Shown here: positions 10,830-21,172 of the stretch, piece after piece
Layout of the letters: every line of letters starts with the position of its first letter
How positions within the stretch are numbered: the stretch's first letter is position 1
IMG/VR virus record: IMGVR_UViG_3300021137_000006
Coordinates: 1-64,000 of that record
Length of the DNA stretch: 64,000 nucleotides
Strand: one strand, 5' to 3'
From: a virus
Position numbers and translations under genes: made by a program
The notes under the pieces: model-generated
Databases searched by the model: none
The model's input: only the letters and a program-made list of their open reading frames with translations
Told to the model about the DNA's origin: nothing

Positions 10830-13800
10830 ATGGCTACACAAGGCGCGGGCGGACCAACTACACAGCCTCAGGGCGGATCAACTACTCCACCTCCGGGAGG
10901 ACCAACTGCTTCTCGAGCTTCGACAAATAGAGGTGACAATCCAGCTATCGACTCAGTTAATAACGGCCTTCAGGTATTAACAGCTAAACTTGCATCTCTT
11001 GCAGCTACTGTAGTTGCAACTCAAGTTGCAATGATGTCGACTTCTAAGACAACTGCAGCTCTCGCTGGACAGACGAACTCTCAACTTAAAAAGCTGACAG
11101 AAGCGTCGATCAATTCAATTACTTCCGAACTTGCAGCACTCGAATCTGCGTCTACAACAGCTGCTCGAGTTATTGACGAATCCACTGCTGCTACTCGTGT
11201 TAAAACCAAAGCAGTTGATGCGGAAATTGCTGGAATTTTCCAAAAAGCCCGCGCAGATGTAGAAGCGACAGCTGCAGCTAAAGCAGCAGTTAACACACTC
11301 ACCAAAGCAAAAGAGGCTGAAGCAATAGCATCAGGCAAGTCTTTTGCTATGTTAAAATCTTCGATACTAAGCATCGAATCGGAGCAAAAGCGTGCTAGAG
11401 AAGCACTAGCCAACTCCGCAGCCGCTTTAGCAAAGTTGGAAGAGGAGTACAACTCTGCTACCGTTCGTACCAAAAAGCTAGATGATCAAATTACACAAGC
11501 TGGAAAAACACTCGAAGGGCATCGCAAGACAGTAGAAGAAGTTGATATCCGATACAATGCCCATGGCGTCGCTCTTGGTAAGCACGTTAATGTGATGGAT
11601 GTTGTGACTACTAAGCTGCTTGGATTTAGTGCAGCTCTGTCCTTTGCTCAAAATGCTAGCAAACTATACGACGAAGCGAATGAAGCCAAGAAAACCGGTA
11701 ATTACGGTAGTTCGTGGGAATTTATGTTGGGTCAAGTTCGTGCTGGTGTATTAGGCGTATCTTCCAAAGTTTATAACGAGCTAAACGCACAAACGCGTGG
11801 ATCTGCATTAACCGACGCTGGTGGACAAGGATCGTTCGATCGGAAGCTCTGGTCGGCTACTAACAAAATGACTGAAATGGCTGGCAATCGTGAAGAGGGT
11901 GCGAAATTAGCTGCTCACACTTTTGAAGCTACTGCAACTGTAGGAGTTAGTTCGAAAATCGCTTCCGAACGGATGGACGAATTAGCCGATGGGTTCAATC
12001 GACTATCTAAAATCACAGGTAAAACAGTCGGAGAAATGGCTGAACTCACGTTTGCTATCACAAAGGATGTCGATCACCGTGCGATAATGCTCGGAATGGC
12101 ACCAGAGGAGCGGGCAAACTACATGCTAAAGCAGCAGCAGGATTTAGTCGATCTAAAGCTACAAGGGTACAGTATTGAACAAGGGCAAGCGTTGCAAAAA
12201 ATCGCAATGCAGCAACGTACTGATACACTTGCTGCTCGTGTGCACAAGCAAGCAAGTGCACAACAAACGATGTACACGATGGCATCGCAAGTCGGTGGCA
12301 AAACTGGCCAGGAAATGCAATCGATTGCGCAGCGTCGTCAAGCTGTGGATCAGGAGCTGATGAATAAGCAGCACACGACAGAAGAGCGGGATAAGCTTCG
12401 GAAGGACCGCGCCGTACTTGATGCAGAATTTCAAGCCAAGTATGAACAAGCAGGAGCATCTGGTGAATTAACCGGGTTGCAGGAAGCTCAGCTTGAAGAA
12501 CAAAACGCGAAACTAAAAAGTAGCACTGGTGTGACAGCAGCACAGTCTGCGATGGAAAAACCAAACGCAGCTAAAATTAAAGAGAAAAGTGAAGAAAAAG
12601 CTCAAGGTTCAGACATTGTATCAAAAACCGTCGATACTGCCGCTGGCTATGCCAGTGCTCTTAGTCACAATACGATGGCGTTAGTAGCATTGTCGGGGGT
12701 AATGACAGCATTTATGTTTTTCAAGGGTGGCGGAAAACTTAGTCTAGGTGGAGCAGCGGAAATCAAAGATGCAATATCTAAACATTTCAATTTCGGCAAA
12801 CAAGCATCAACAGCTGGTAAGGCATCAGAGTTTATCGGCCCACTAAAACCAACTGCAGCTGAGATGGTTGGTCCAGCTAAACCAACTCTTGGTCAAAACC
12901 TTTCTAAAATAAAAGCTGCGGCCCCTGCCGTTGGAGCCGAAGCGCTGCAAGATCTCAAAGGTGGTGCAGTGACGCGCAATCTTAGTAAACTTGGTAAAAT
13001 CCCAGGCGTAAAGAGTTTAGGGATGATTGGAACAGTAATTGGAGTTGCATCAGCAGCCTCTGATATATCCGATATCAGCAAAGAGGTTAAGGCTGGTGAA
13101 CTAACGGAAAAACAAGGCACTGTAAAAAAGGCAGGGGTAGTGGGTAGTGCAGTTGGAAGTATGGCCGGCGCCGCAGCCGGCGCCGGCCTAGGTATGTGGG
13201 GTGGTGCTGCAGCTGGTGCAGCAATTGGTAGCGCAGTCCCTGTCGTTGGAACTGTCATCGGAGGGTTAGTTGGTCTTGCTATCGGCGCCGCCGCTGCATA
13301 TGGCGGCTCGAAACTTGGTGAAATAGCTAGTGAAAAAATAGCGGAAGTTGTCACATCCGACAAGACAGAGGGTGCTATTAAGCAAGTTGCCGAACCACTA
13401 GCGTTAACTGCGAAGGTTAAAGGAGGGCTACCAGTCTCACCAGTCCCACCTTCGTCTGCTCTAATCATGGGTATTGAATCAGCTAATTCACAAGCTCAAA
13501 CTGGTAACCTCGCCCCGATTAGTACATGGGGGGGTACTGCATCGAAGCCGGACCGCGATTTTGATCCACTCAGTACATCCATATACCTCAAGCCGAATAA
13601 AACTGCTGGTATTGCTCCATCGGGCGGAGGATTCGGGATTGCATCGAAGCTGGACCGCGATTTTGATCCACTCAGTACATCCATATACCTCAAGCCGAAT
13701 AAAACTGCTGATTTAAACAAAGGCATCTCGGAGCCTAGTCCTGCAGCTTCTCCGCCCATAGCGGCTCAAACCTCTATTGAAGCGTTGCAACGCACCTTCT

Positions 13801-13952
13801 ATCAGAAAGGGATCGCATTCTTTGATGCTTCCGATCCGTCAGCGAGCCATGATATGCGTCAAAAATATCTCAACGTGTTGCGATATACTGCCACTAATAC
13901 TGCACTATCATCTTCTGCGTTTTCTCAAGCACCGGTAACACAAGGGGCATAA
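10830..13952 (+). CDS. Tape measure protein
   Basis: 1040 aa, Ala-rich helical, GAAAGAAIG...VGTVIGG hydrophobic glycine stretch; position after the gp26-like gene. Confidence 0.7.
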   Translation: MATQGAGGPTTQPQGGSTTPPPGGPTASRASTNRGDNPAIDSVNNGLQVLTAKLASLAATVVATQVAMMSTSKTTAALAGQTNSQLKKLTEASINSITSELAALESASTTAARVIDESTAATRVKTKAVDAEIAGIFQKARADVEATAAAKAAVNTLTKAKEAEAIASGKSFAMLKSSILSIESEQKRAREALANSAAALAKLEEEYNSATVRTKKLDDQITQAGKTLEGHRKTVEEVDIRYNAHGVALGKHVNVMDVVTTKLLGFSAALSFAQNASKLYDEANEAKKTGNYGSSWEFMLGQVRAGVLGVSSKVYNELNAQTRGSALTDAGGQGSFDRKLWSATNKMTEMAGNREEGAKLAAHTFEATATVGVSSKIASERMDELADGFNRLSKITGKTVGEMAELTFAITKDVDHRAIMLGMAPEERANYMLKQQQDLVDLKLQGYSIEQGQALQKIAMQQRTDTLAARVHKQASAQQTMYTMASQVGGKTGQEMQSIAQRRQAVDQELMNKQHTTEERDKLRKDRAVLDAEFQAKYEQAGASGELTGLQEAQLEEQNAKLKSSTGVTAAQSAMEKPNAAKIKEKSEEKAQGSDIVSKTVDTAAGYASALSHNTMALVALSGVMTAFMFFKGGGKLSLGGAAEIKDAISKHFNFGKQASTAGKASEFIGPLKPTAAEMVGPAKPTLGQNLSKIKAAAPAVGAEALQDLKGGAVTRNLSKLGKIPGVKSLGMIGTVIGVASAASDISDISKEVKAGELTEKQGTVKKAGVVGSAVGSMAGAAAGAGLGMWGGAAAGAAIGSAVPVVGTVIGGLVGLAIGAAAAYGGSKLGEIASEKIAEVVTSDKTEGAIKQVAEPLALTAKVKGGLPVSPVPPSSALIMGIESANSQAQTGNLAPISTWGGTASKPDRDFDPLSTSIYLKPNKTAGIAPSGGGFGIASKLDRDFDPLSTSIYLKPNKTADLNKGISEPSPAASPPIAAQTSIEALQRTFYQKGIAFFDASDPSASHDMRQKYLNVLRYTATNTALSSSAFSQAPVTQGA
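13538..13710 (+). repeat. 71-bp direct repeat (13538-13608 and 13640-13710, one mismatch) in the tape measure gene
   Basis: Encodes ASK(P/L)DRDFDPLSTSIYLKPNKTA twice, period 102 bp. Confidence 0.95.
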
Positions 13953-14019
13953 CTTTTGTGTAGCTGTTGACTACACGCCCTAAATACTGTGATATTAAAG
14001 TCAAAGAATCCCATCTCTA

Positions 14020-15657
14020 ATGGCAAAAACAGCAAAGTTCGCAGGGTACTTTAAACTCATCAATGCTGATCCGACCCCAGCAGAAATTACAGACAATGTC
14101 GTATTCGATAGCGTTGCTGTTGGAAACATCACCGGTTGGTATTCAAACATCGTGACCGGATCAGGCAATCGTACTGCAAAGTACGCAGAATATGATCTAA
14201 TGGATGCTGATATTGAGGTGTCACGAGCGCTTGATATTATTGCAGAAGAAATGTCAAACGGCCGTGGCGATGCTCTTATCACACTAGACGTAGAGAACGA
14301 CTCGCTCACAGAAGCTGAACATGTTACGTTGCACACTGCACTCGGTCGGTGGAAAAAGAGTCAAGGTTTAGACTCTAAACTGTTTGATATTGCTCGTCAG
14401 CTTGTCAAGTACGGAGACGTGTTCTTCAACAAACCCGAACCATTCAGTAAGTGGGATTACATTCCGCCAAAGCAGGTGACTGGTGCATACGTCAATGAAA
14501 ACAATGCATCACAAGTGCTTGGATTTGTTGTTAACGAAGGTTATAAAAATGCGCAACACGCTGGTTACAACGTTGGCGTGAAGCAACAAGAGCTTGTTAT
14601 CAAGCCTGTTGCTAAAATCATTCGGTTCACGTTGAATAATGACATGAGTGATTCTGCTCCATTTGGTAAGTCGATCCTCGCATCGGTTTATCGTGCGTAT
14701 CAGCAAAAGAAGCTGATTGAGGACTCGATCATTATTTACCGTGTGCAACGTGCTCCAGAAAAGCGCGTATTCTACATCGATGTCGGTCGCATGCCGCCAA
14801 ATCGTCGTAAGCAATATCTCGAGCAGGTTAAGCTTGAAATGCGTCAGCGTAAGATTCCCGCACTAAGTGGTGATGGGAACGGATCTACAGTTGATACGGT
14901 ATACGATCCACAGGATATGATGGAAGACTTTTTCCTTGCTACTGGTGCAGAAGGTAAGGGAAGTAAGATCGAAATTCTACCAGGTGGACAAAATCTTGGT
15001 CAGTTAGAGGATTTGAATTATTTCGCTGATAAGCTCAGTCAAGGTTTGCGTGTTCCCTCGTCGTGGTTACGTGATGGCCAAAATGGCCCTGCAGTGGTCA
15101 ACGACGGTAAAGCTGGTGGCGCATTCATTCAAGAACTGCGCTTTGCTAAGTTTATCGAACGTCTGCAAGACCGGCTAATCGACACGCTTGATCAAGAATT
15201 TAAATACTTTTTGAAGAACGTTGGTATCCGTATCGATAATGAAGCGTTCTACTTACAGCTACCAGAACCATCCAACTTTGAAGCGTATCGTCAAGCAGCT
15301 AAGGATGCTGATTTGTTAAACGTATTCGCGAGCACAACTGGCATTCCGCAACTATCTCCACGATTTGCGATGAAACGATTCTTGCAGTTGACAGAAGCTG
15401 AAATCTCTGAAAACGAACGCTTACTTCGTGAAGAAAAAGACCTTACAGTAGATGATCCACAACTGTTAATGAAATTGTATCAACCTGATGCAGCCGCAGA
15501 AGGTGGTGGTGGCGGAATTGATGCAGGTGGCGGCGGTCTCGGTGATTTGAGCCTTGATACTGAAATTCCACCAGACGAGAATGCGGGAGAAGAAGGGGGA
15601 GAAGAAGCTCCGGCAGCTGAGGCTCCAGCAGCTGAGGAACCAGCTCCAGAAGTATAA
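14020..15657 (+). CDS. Portal protein (T4 gp20-like)
   Basis: IIIYRVQRAPEKRVFYIDVGRMP, MMEDFFL and LPGGQNLG motifs. Confidence 0.95.
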   Translation: MAKTAKFAGYFKLINADPTPAEITDNVVFDSVAVGNITGWYSNIVTGSGNRTAKYAEYDLMDADIEVSRALDIIAEEMSNGRGDALITLDVENDSLTEAEHVTLHTALGRWKKSQGLDSKLFDIARQLVKYGDVFFNKPEPFSKWDYIPPKQVTGAYVNENNASQVLGFVVNEGYKNAQHAGYNVGVKQQELVIKPVAKIIRFTLNNDMSDSAPFGKSILASVYRAYQQKKLIEDSIIIYRVQRAPEKRVFYIDVGRMPPNRRKQYLEQVKLEMRQRKIPALSGDGNGSTVDTVYDPQDMMEDFFLATGAEGKGSKIEILPGGQNLGQLEDLNYFADKLSQGLRVPSSWLRDGQNGPAVVNDGKAGGAFIQELRFAKFIERLQDRLIDTLDQEFKYFLKNVGIRIDNEAFYLQLPEPSNFEAYRQAAKDADLLNVFASTTGIPQLSPRFAMKRFLQLTEAEISENERLLREEKDLTVDDPQLLMKLYQPDAAAEGGGGGIDAGGGGLGDLSLDTEIPPDENAGEEGGEEAPAAEAPAAEEPAPEV

Positions 15658-15693
15658 CATATAAATAGGGCATATACTGCCCTATTTTGTTAT

Positions 15694-16335
15694 ATGAAAA
15701 CTTCATTTTTGCACGAGCTCTACACACCAGAGCAATCCCAAACTGTTACTGAATCGTTCGTTGACGAAGCAACAGGCCGTCGTAGCTGGTACCTAAATGG
15801 TATCTGTATGATGGGGGATGCTGAGAATCGTAACAAACGTCGTTACCCTGTGCAAGAGATTGCTAAAGCAGTTGAGTCTCTCCAAGAAGCTGTTAAGAAT
15901 AAGCAATGCTTCGGTGAACTGGACCACCCGCTTGATTCCCGTATCGCTATTGAACTTAAGAACGTTTCTCATATGTTCGAATCGTTAGCAATGCAAGGCT
16001 CTAACGCAGTGGGCCGTATCAAAATTCTTGAGACTCCAATGGGATCGATCGCTGCTAAAATTCTCGAGGGTGGTGGCCGTCTAGGAGTATCGTCTCGTGG
16101 TACAGGTGACGTAATGGAAGGCGGAGTTGTTAAGAACTTCCAGTGCTCTTGCATTGACTTGGTTGCTACCCCGTCTGCACAGAACGCAATGCCAGAATCG
16201 ATATATGAAGCATTGCAACAAGATGCACAGGGTCGTCGTGTACAAACTCTTGCAGAAGCACTGCAAGAAGATAAAGTAGCTCAGAAATACTTCGATAAAG
16301 AGGTTACTAAGTTTCTACGTAGCTTATTGGGTTAA
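15694..16335 (+). CDS. Prohead protease (T4 gp21-like)
   Basis: NRNKRRYP, GELDHP, GVSSRGTG and DLVATPS motifs. Confidence 0.95.
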   Translation: MKTSFLHELYTPEQSQTVTESFVDEATGRRSWYLNGICMMGDAENRNKRRYPVQEIAKAVESLQEAVKNKQCFGELDHPLDSRIAIELKNVSHMFESLAMQGSNAVGRIKILETPMGSIAAKILEGGGRLGVSSRGTGDVMEGGVVKNFQCSCIDLVATPSAQNAMPESIYEALQQDAQGRRVQTLAEALQEDKVAQKYFDKEVTKFLRSLLG

Positions 16336-17969
16336 AACACCATCGGCATTTCATCAAAATCAGAATCGTCATCGTCAAACTCGTGCTTGCTCTCTTCACT
16401 TTCCTCAGTGGAGTAGAGCATGTCAAACGCCTTGTCGTCAAAGGCAGACAACTGTTTAACTACTCTACACGCTAATATTGACGACATTACACAATCATCC
16501 GTCATACCTTCCTTCGCCTGGTACGAACCTCCAACTAACACAAAGTTCTTGATTTCATGCACTAAGTCACGGCTATTAATTTTCATCTTGCCACTTTCGA
16601 CCATTTCCTTGAAAATCTTGCACCCTTGCGCTTTTGATCGTTTACTGGTGTTCAATCCGATCTGACCGTCTTCGGATACCATTTCAACATTCTCAGGCAA
16701 GGCTTCGTCGGTTTCGAATAGTGTAACAATACCTTCACCAACTCCATTATTCTCGACAGAAAAGTACACTTGCCAACCTGCAACATCAGCCTTTTCCCAA
16801 ATTCGTTTGATAGCAATATAGATATCGCCAGTTTTTGATTTATTAGACCGAAGTTCCATCATTTGTTCCATGCTTGGGTACTCAAATACTTCAACTACTG
16901 TAAAATCCTTACCAACTCCTTTACTCGGATCAACCGTTACGATGCACTGTTTTGCATAATCCTGTGACTCGACCTTGTGATGACGTTCAGGATTTTGCCA
17001 ATTGTTGTGTAAGTTTTGTGGTTGCCACAAATTAGGCTCGTGTTGTGCATACACAACCTTTTGCTGCTTCTCAAATTCTTTCCAAATTTTTACACCAAGT
17101 TCCTGAGATTTATGTTCGTGGGTCTGCAAATTAATTGCTTTCAAGCTATCGATTAGCAACGGATCACTTGACACCATCACACATTCGAACTCCTGCTCCC
17201 ATTTGAGAATTCCATTCTTTGCAATTTCACGTTTCTTGAAGTTTTCGTCTCGTCCAGGTACTTGGTGCCACTTGATTGTGAGTGGGGTCATTCCGTTAAT
17301 GTCTGCAACAGCCCCACGCCACAGTGTTGCAAATAAGTCGGAGTCCCCGTTGGGGGTGGATGTCATAAACAATTTACCACCAGTAGCTAGTGTAGGCGAA
17401 ATAGACGCCCAGAATTCTGTCTGGATCATTGGCCGCACGAACGCGGTTTCATCGCAGTATAGAATGGAGAATGACCCACCTCGCCCAGTCGTTTCGGATG
17501 TAGCATCTGATATGATCCGGCTACCGGTTTCGAATTTTAGTGATAGTTTATTCCAACCATCGTCGGTTACTCCGGGTTTTAAAAAGTCCGGAAGGTTTTC
17601 ATACATGTACTTGATGCGTGATATCATCTCGCTCGAGTTTTTATGCTTATTACTCGTTATAAGAACGGTCTTGTCTTTGTGGAAGATGCTAAACCAGAAC
17701 AAGTACGCGCAGCTTGTTTCGGACTTACCAGACTGTCGAGGAAACAGTGTAATAACATCCTTGTTATTGTGATATGCGAGGATCAGTTCGATTTGGTAGT
17801 CGTACAATCTGAATAGCGTGCGGCCGGTAACAGGGTGTCGAACGTACAAATACGTTTGAATGAAGTACACAGGTTCTCGAGCGCACTTCGCGAACTCCCT
17901 AACTTGGTCTGGAGTCATCTCAACTGTCGTTGCGTTCCCCTTCTTGACGTTTATATTCTTAGTTGCCAT
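16332..17969 (-). CDS. Terminase large subunit (T4 gp17-like)
   Basis: PRQSGKS Walker A, LYCDE Walker B, STPNG, VDPSKGVGKD nuclease motif, DDCVMS. Confidence 0.95.
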   Translation of the reverse strand: MATKNINVKKGNATTVEMTPDQVREFAKCAREPVYFIQTYLYVRHPVTGRTLFRLYDYQIELILAYHNNKDVITLFPRQSGKSETSCAYLFWFSIFHKDKTVLITSNKHKNSSEMISRIKYMYENLPDFLKPGVTDDGWNKLSLKFETGSRIISDATSETTGRGGSFSILYCDETAFVRPMIQTEFWASISPTLATGGKLFMTSTPNGDSDLFATLWRGAVADINGMTPLTIKWHQVPGRDENFKKREIAKNGILKWEQEFECVMVSSDPLLIDSLKAINLQTHEHKSQELGVKIWKEFEKQQKVVYAQHEPNLWQPQNLHNNWQNPERHHKVESQDYAKQCIVTVDPSKGVGKDFTVVEVFEYPSMEQMMELRSNKSKTGDIYIAIKRIWEKADVAGWQVYFSVENNGVGEGIVTLFETDEALPENVEMVSEDGQIGLNTSKRSKAQGCKIFKEMVESGKMKINSRDLVHEIKNFVLVGGSYQAKEGMTDDCVMSSILACRVVKQLSAFDDKAFDMLYSTEESEESKHEFDDDDSDFDEMPMVF

Positions 17970-18004
17970 CGCACATACTGTAGTTTGCTACTATTTACGA
18001 CAAT

Positions 18005-18029
18005 AAAAAAGGGGCTAAAAGCCCCTTTG
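18005..18029 (-). terminator. Terminator downstream of the tail tube gene
   Basis: AAAAAAGGGGCT-AAA-AGCCCCTTT hairpin with an A-tract on the + strand. Confidence 0.75.
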
Positions 18030-18047
18030 TTCATGCAATACTGCGAG

Positions 18048-18638
18048 TTATCCGTTTAGACCAACACCACCTAGTGCCATGTTGTTAGCAACCGCGTTAG
18101 GGAAAGTTTGATACATGTGGTCGACTGAGATCGTCAAATCGATTGTCATAATATCAGATTTTGCGTAATCTACTTCGCTGCTTTTGTATTGAGAAATCAT
18201 ACAACCTTCATAGGTCCATGTTTCTAACACAAGACTATTACCATTTAGTAAATCAAGGATGGTAGCAAACTTGTACAAGCTACCTTCTTGACTAGAAGCG
18301 AGGAATGGTGCGCCGGCGCCAATAATCGACTGTTGTAACTGTAGTTGAGCTTGAACGATGCGACCAACGGATCCGCCGATATCGTCATCTAGCTTTAAAG
18401 TTAAATCACCAATATCATGCTTGCCAAGTACTTTCGCTGTAGAATTGTAACGATGTAACTTTTGGACTTCAAACTTCAACTCAGGACGGCCAATACTTTT
18501 AGCTTGCATTGATAGTGGAGTCGTGTTGGCCAAATCGCCAAATCCTAGGAAACTAACTCTCCATTTGTTCGATAGTTTTGGTTGTAGAAACCCGGTTCCG
18601 ATGTCCGGAACGCCACCGACTTGTGATAATGTGCTCAT
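18048..18638 (-). CDS. Tail tube protein (T4 gp19-like)
   Basis: QPKLSNKWRVSF, ETWTYEGC and DYAKSDIMTIDLTISVD motifs. Confidence 0.85.
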   Translation of the reverse strand: MSTLSQVGGVPDIGTGFLQPKLSNKWRVSFLGFGDLANTTPLSMQAKSIGRPELKFEVQKLHRYNSTAKVLGKHDIGDLTLKLDDDIGGSVGRIVQAQLQLQQSIIGAGAPFLASSQEGSLYKFATILDLLNGNSLVLETWTYEGCMISQYKSSEVDYAKSDIMTIDLTISVDHMYQTFPNAVANNMALGGVGLNG

Positions 18639-18741
18639 TTTAAACCCTGTGTAGAAAAATGTATAACCTTATTTATGCTATTGCACAGAACCTGCGAAAA
18701 AAAAGTTTATGCTAAATACCCAATCGCCTCTTTGTACCATT

Positions 18742-21129
18742 ATGAAACTTTCTACCCCCAACGCAACTCCGCTAGTTGAACGTGCTGTGACAGAGTTCTC
18801 AGACAGTCCGGATATTCAGGAAGGGGATGTTGCCAATCACGGAATGGTAGGTAACGTCAAAGTCTACCGTATACACGGTAACATAGCTGAGGTGATTGAC
18901 CGCAATGGCAAACATTTGAAGTTGCAGTTGAGTAGTTTACACCCAGGTGCAGTAACTGAAAAGGTATCCCCACCTGTTGCAGAAAATTACGACAAACACT
19001 CTGCTGCTGCTGCTCAACATGACAAGTTTATCCAAACTGGTAGCACAGATACTGCTACGTACAAAGCTGCGATCAAGCACCACGAACGTGCCGCAAAGAC
19101 TGCTCCTAACGACACGTTGCAAAACCTACACGCTCGCAAAGCAGAGCAATATCTAATTAAATCGAAAACAGCAAATGAAGCAACTGTATTGGAGCTCAGC
19201 ATTGATACTCTACAGGGTGTGCTCCGGAGCGAAGCACATAAACAAGTAAAGCACCTTAGTGATGCTGGTAAGCAACTTCGGGTGACTAGATCCGCGCGTG
19301 AAAAAATCGCACAAAAACAAGCTGAAGATATACTTGCAGCAAAAGGAGATTCGAGAGTGAAAACAGACATTAAAGAAGCGGGATTTCCACACGATGTTGA
19401 TCACATGCCTGGTCAAACGGTTCGCAACGCTCCTATGTCGACGGATGACGTACGCACTGCGGATTTTGCTCGGTGGGACCGCGCCGTAGATTCGATAAAT
19501 ACTAAGATGTTTCACGACGATTGTGAGTACGTTACCCACGGCGAACGTAAAAAAATATTTAACCCTGCTGGTGAAGTATTTGCCATTTGGGATGGCGTTG
19601 GTCAAGTAGGTTGGTTTAACTCTCGTGGTCAACGAGTTCGCACTGTGAAAGAAAACGCAGTAGCCGAAAGCGTTATGAGTGCTATTAAAAACGTAGGCAA
19701 AGCACTCGCTAAGCCAGTAATCAGTGATAAGGAAGTGGCTGATTATGCTACTGCAGCTCAGGTCGTTAAGCGTACGAAACTGGACCCAGCTTATAAAAAG
19801 CGATTCACTGCAGATCCAAAGGGTGCTACATCGGATGTGTGGAAAGAAGCCACTGGCGTACAAGAAGCTTCCCAACGATTTAATGTCGGTGATGTAGTGC
19901 ACGTGAAATGGCACTCAACCTCTAAACCAGTCAATCATGGTACTACCAATATCGATAAAGCATCTGCAACGTTCGCGCACGCTAAGCATCCTGAATCTGG
20001 TGACACAATTAAAGTACGTCAAGATACTGGCGCTGAAGCTGGCGCATCTGATGTAAAGGGTCACTTTAAATTCCATAAGAAAGTATCCGAAGCGCTTGAC
20101 GTGGCTGCATTGCAGGTAGGCGACCCTGTCCGGATTATTGGTAATGTCCAAGGCGCAGGCGAACAAGGCACGTTCGTCGATACAGGTATCAACGGCGCCT
20201 TTGTTGTAATTAAGATGGATGATGGAAGTAAACGATCATTTCACAGTAGCAATGTTGAGTACTATGACGGCGACGAAGGAGAAGATGAGTATGACGAGGA
20301 TGACCTCGGTGAACGTGTTGAAGAAGCTCACAAGTTAGGTGATGTTGTTACGATTACGAAAGGTCCGAAGAATACGGTTGGTAAAACTGGACATATCGGA
20401 GAGATCCGCCACGGTGCTTTCAAAGGGGCCAACAAAACATACACGATTGACCATGAAGGTGGATCTATCCAATTGTCAAAAACTCAATTTACTGGCGAAA
20501 AGGGTAAAAAAATGGTAAAAGAATCAATTCTAAGAGAAGCGCTCGTCGAAGCACCGGGTCAAGGGTACGGCCGCGAACGCTGGGATACTAATAATCAGGG
20601 GTATCAGGACCGCGAACAGGATCGTATGGACCAGTCTGGTCGCGATTTTAGACGTGCTGAAATGGATCAGGAACTTGCAGATGAGCATAACAATTATGCA
20701 GTTAATATCGATGGCCGTCAGTGGAAGGTGTTTTATGACCAACGCCGCGCAAATAATGTCGCTCGTTCGGTTATGCAAAAGTATCCTAACAAGAAGGTCA
20801 GCGTTCACGCAACTGGTGCAGCCGTAACTGAGGCAACACAAGAGGACCGAAAAGATACACGAACTCGTGCACTAATCGCTGATTATGAAAAACGTGCCAA
20901 AGCTACGACAAGCGATATCAAGAAACGGCACTTAATGGCAATGGCTACCCAGCTCCGTGACAACCTCAAACTAAACGAAACAGCTAAGCCTAAACAGCAA
21001 GCTGTTGCACCACGCAATTTCGTTGCAAAACACAGTCCATCAACTGGTGCGGGTACACATAGCAATAAGAAAAAAGCTGCACAACGTGGTGACGTCAAGC
21101 ACAAAGGAAAACAAATAGACCCCGAATGA
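18742..21129 (+). CDS. Modular late protein, candidate internal head polyprotein
   Basis: TAAATA falls inside the annotated 5' end, so ATG 18742 is preferred; KOW/SH3-like GDVV/GDPV modules separated by [VIL]xE sites. Confidence 0.55.
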   Translation: MKLSTPNATPLVERAVTEFSDSPDIQEGDVANHGMVGNVKVYRIHGNIAEVIDRNGKHLKLQLSSLHPGAVTEKVSPPVAENYDKHSAAAAQHDKFIQTGSTDTATYKAAIKHHERAAKTAPNDTLQNLHARKAEQYLIKSKTANEATVLELSIDTLQGVLRSEAHKQVKHLSDAGKQLRVTRSAREKIAQKQAEDILAAKGDSRVKTDIKEAGFPHDVDHMPGQTVRNAPMSTDDVRTADFARWDRAVDSINTKMFHDDCEYVTHGERKKIFNPAGEVFAIWDGVGQVGWFNSRGQRVRTVKENAVAESVMSAIKNVGKALAKPVISDKEVADYATAAQVVKRTKLDPAYKKRFTADPKGATSDVWKEATGVQEASQRFNVGDVVHVKWHSTSKPVNHGTTNIDKASATFAHAKHPESGDTIKVRQDTGAEAGASDVKGHFKFHKKVSEALDVAALQVGDPVRIIGNVQGAGEQGTFVDTGINGAFVVIKMDDGSKRSFHSSNVEYYDGDEGEDEYDEDDLGERVEEAHKLGDVVTITKGPKNTVGKTGHIGEIRHGAFKGANKTYTIDHEGGSIQLSKTQFTGEKGKKMVKESILREALVEAPGQGYGRERWDTNNQGYQDREQDRMDQSGRDFRRAEMDQELADEHNNYAVNIDGRQWKVFYDQRRANNVARSVMQKYPNKKVSVHATGAAVTEATQEDRKDTRTRALIADYEKRAKATTSDIKKRHLMAMATQLRDNLKLNETAKPKQQAVAPRNFVAKHSPSTGAGTHSNKKKAAQRGDVKHKGKQIDPE

Positions 21130-21172
21130 GTCCTCGTAAGTTTGTAGCAACCCCATAAATAGACGCACTACA

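Noticed and set aside
17203-17772. 189-aa plus-strand ORF
   Set aside because: It is antisense to the conserved terminase ATPase domain and has no independent support.
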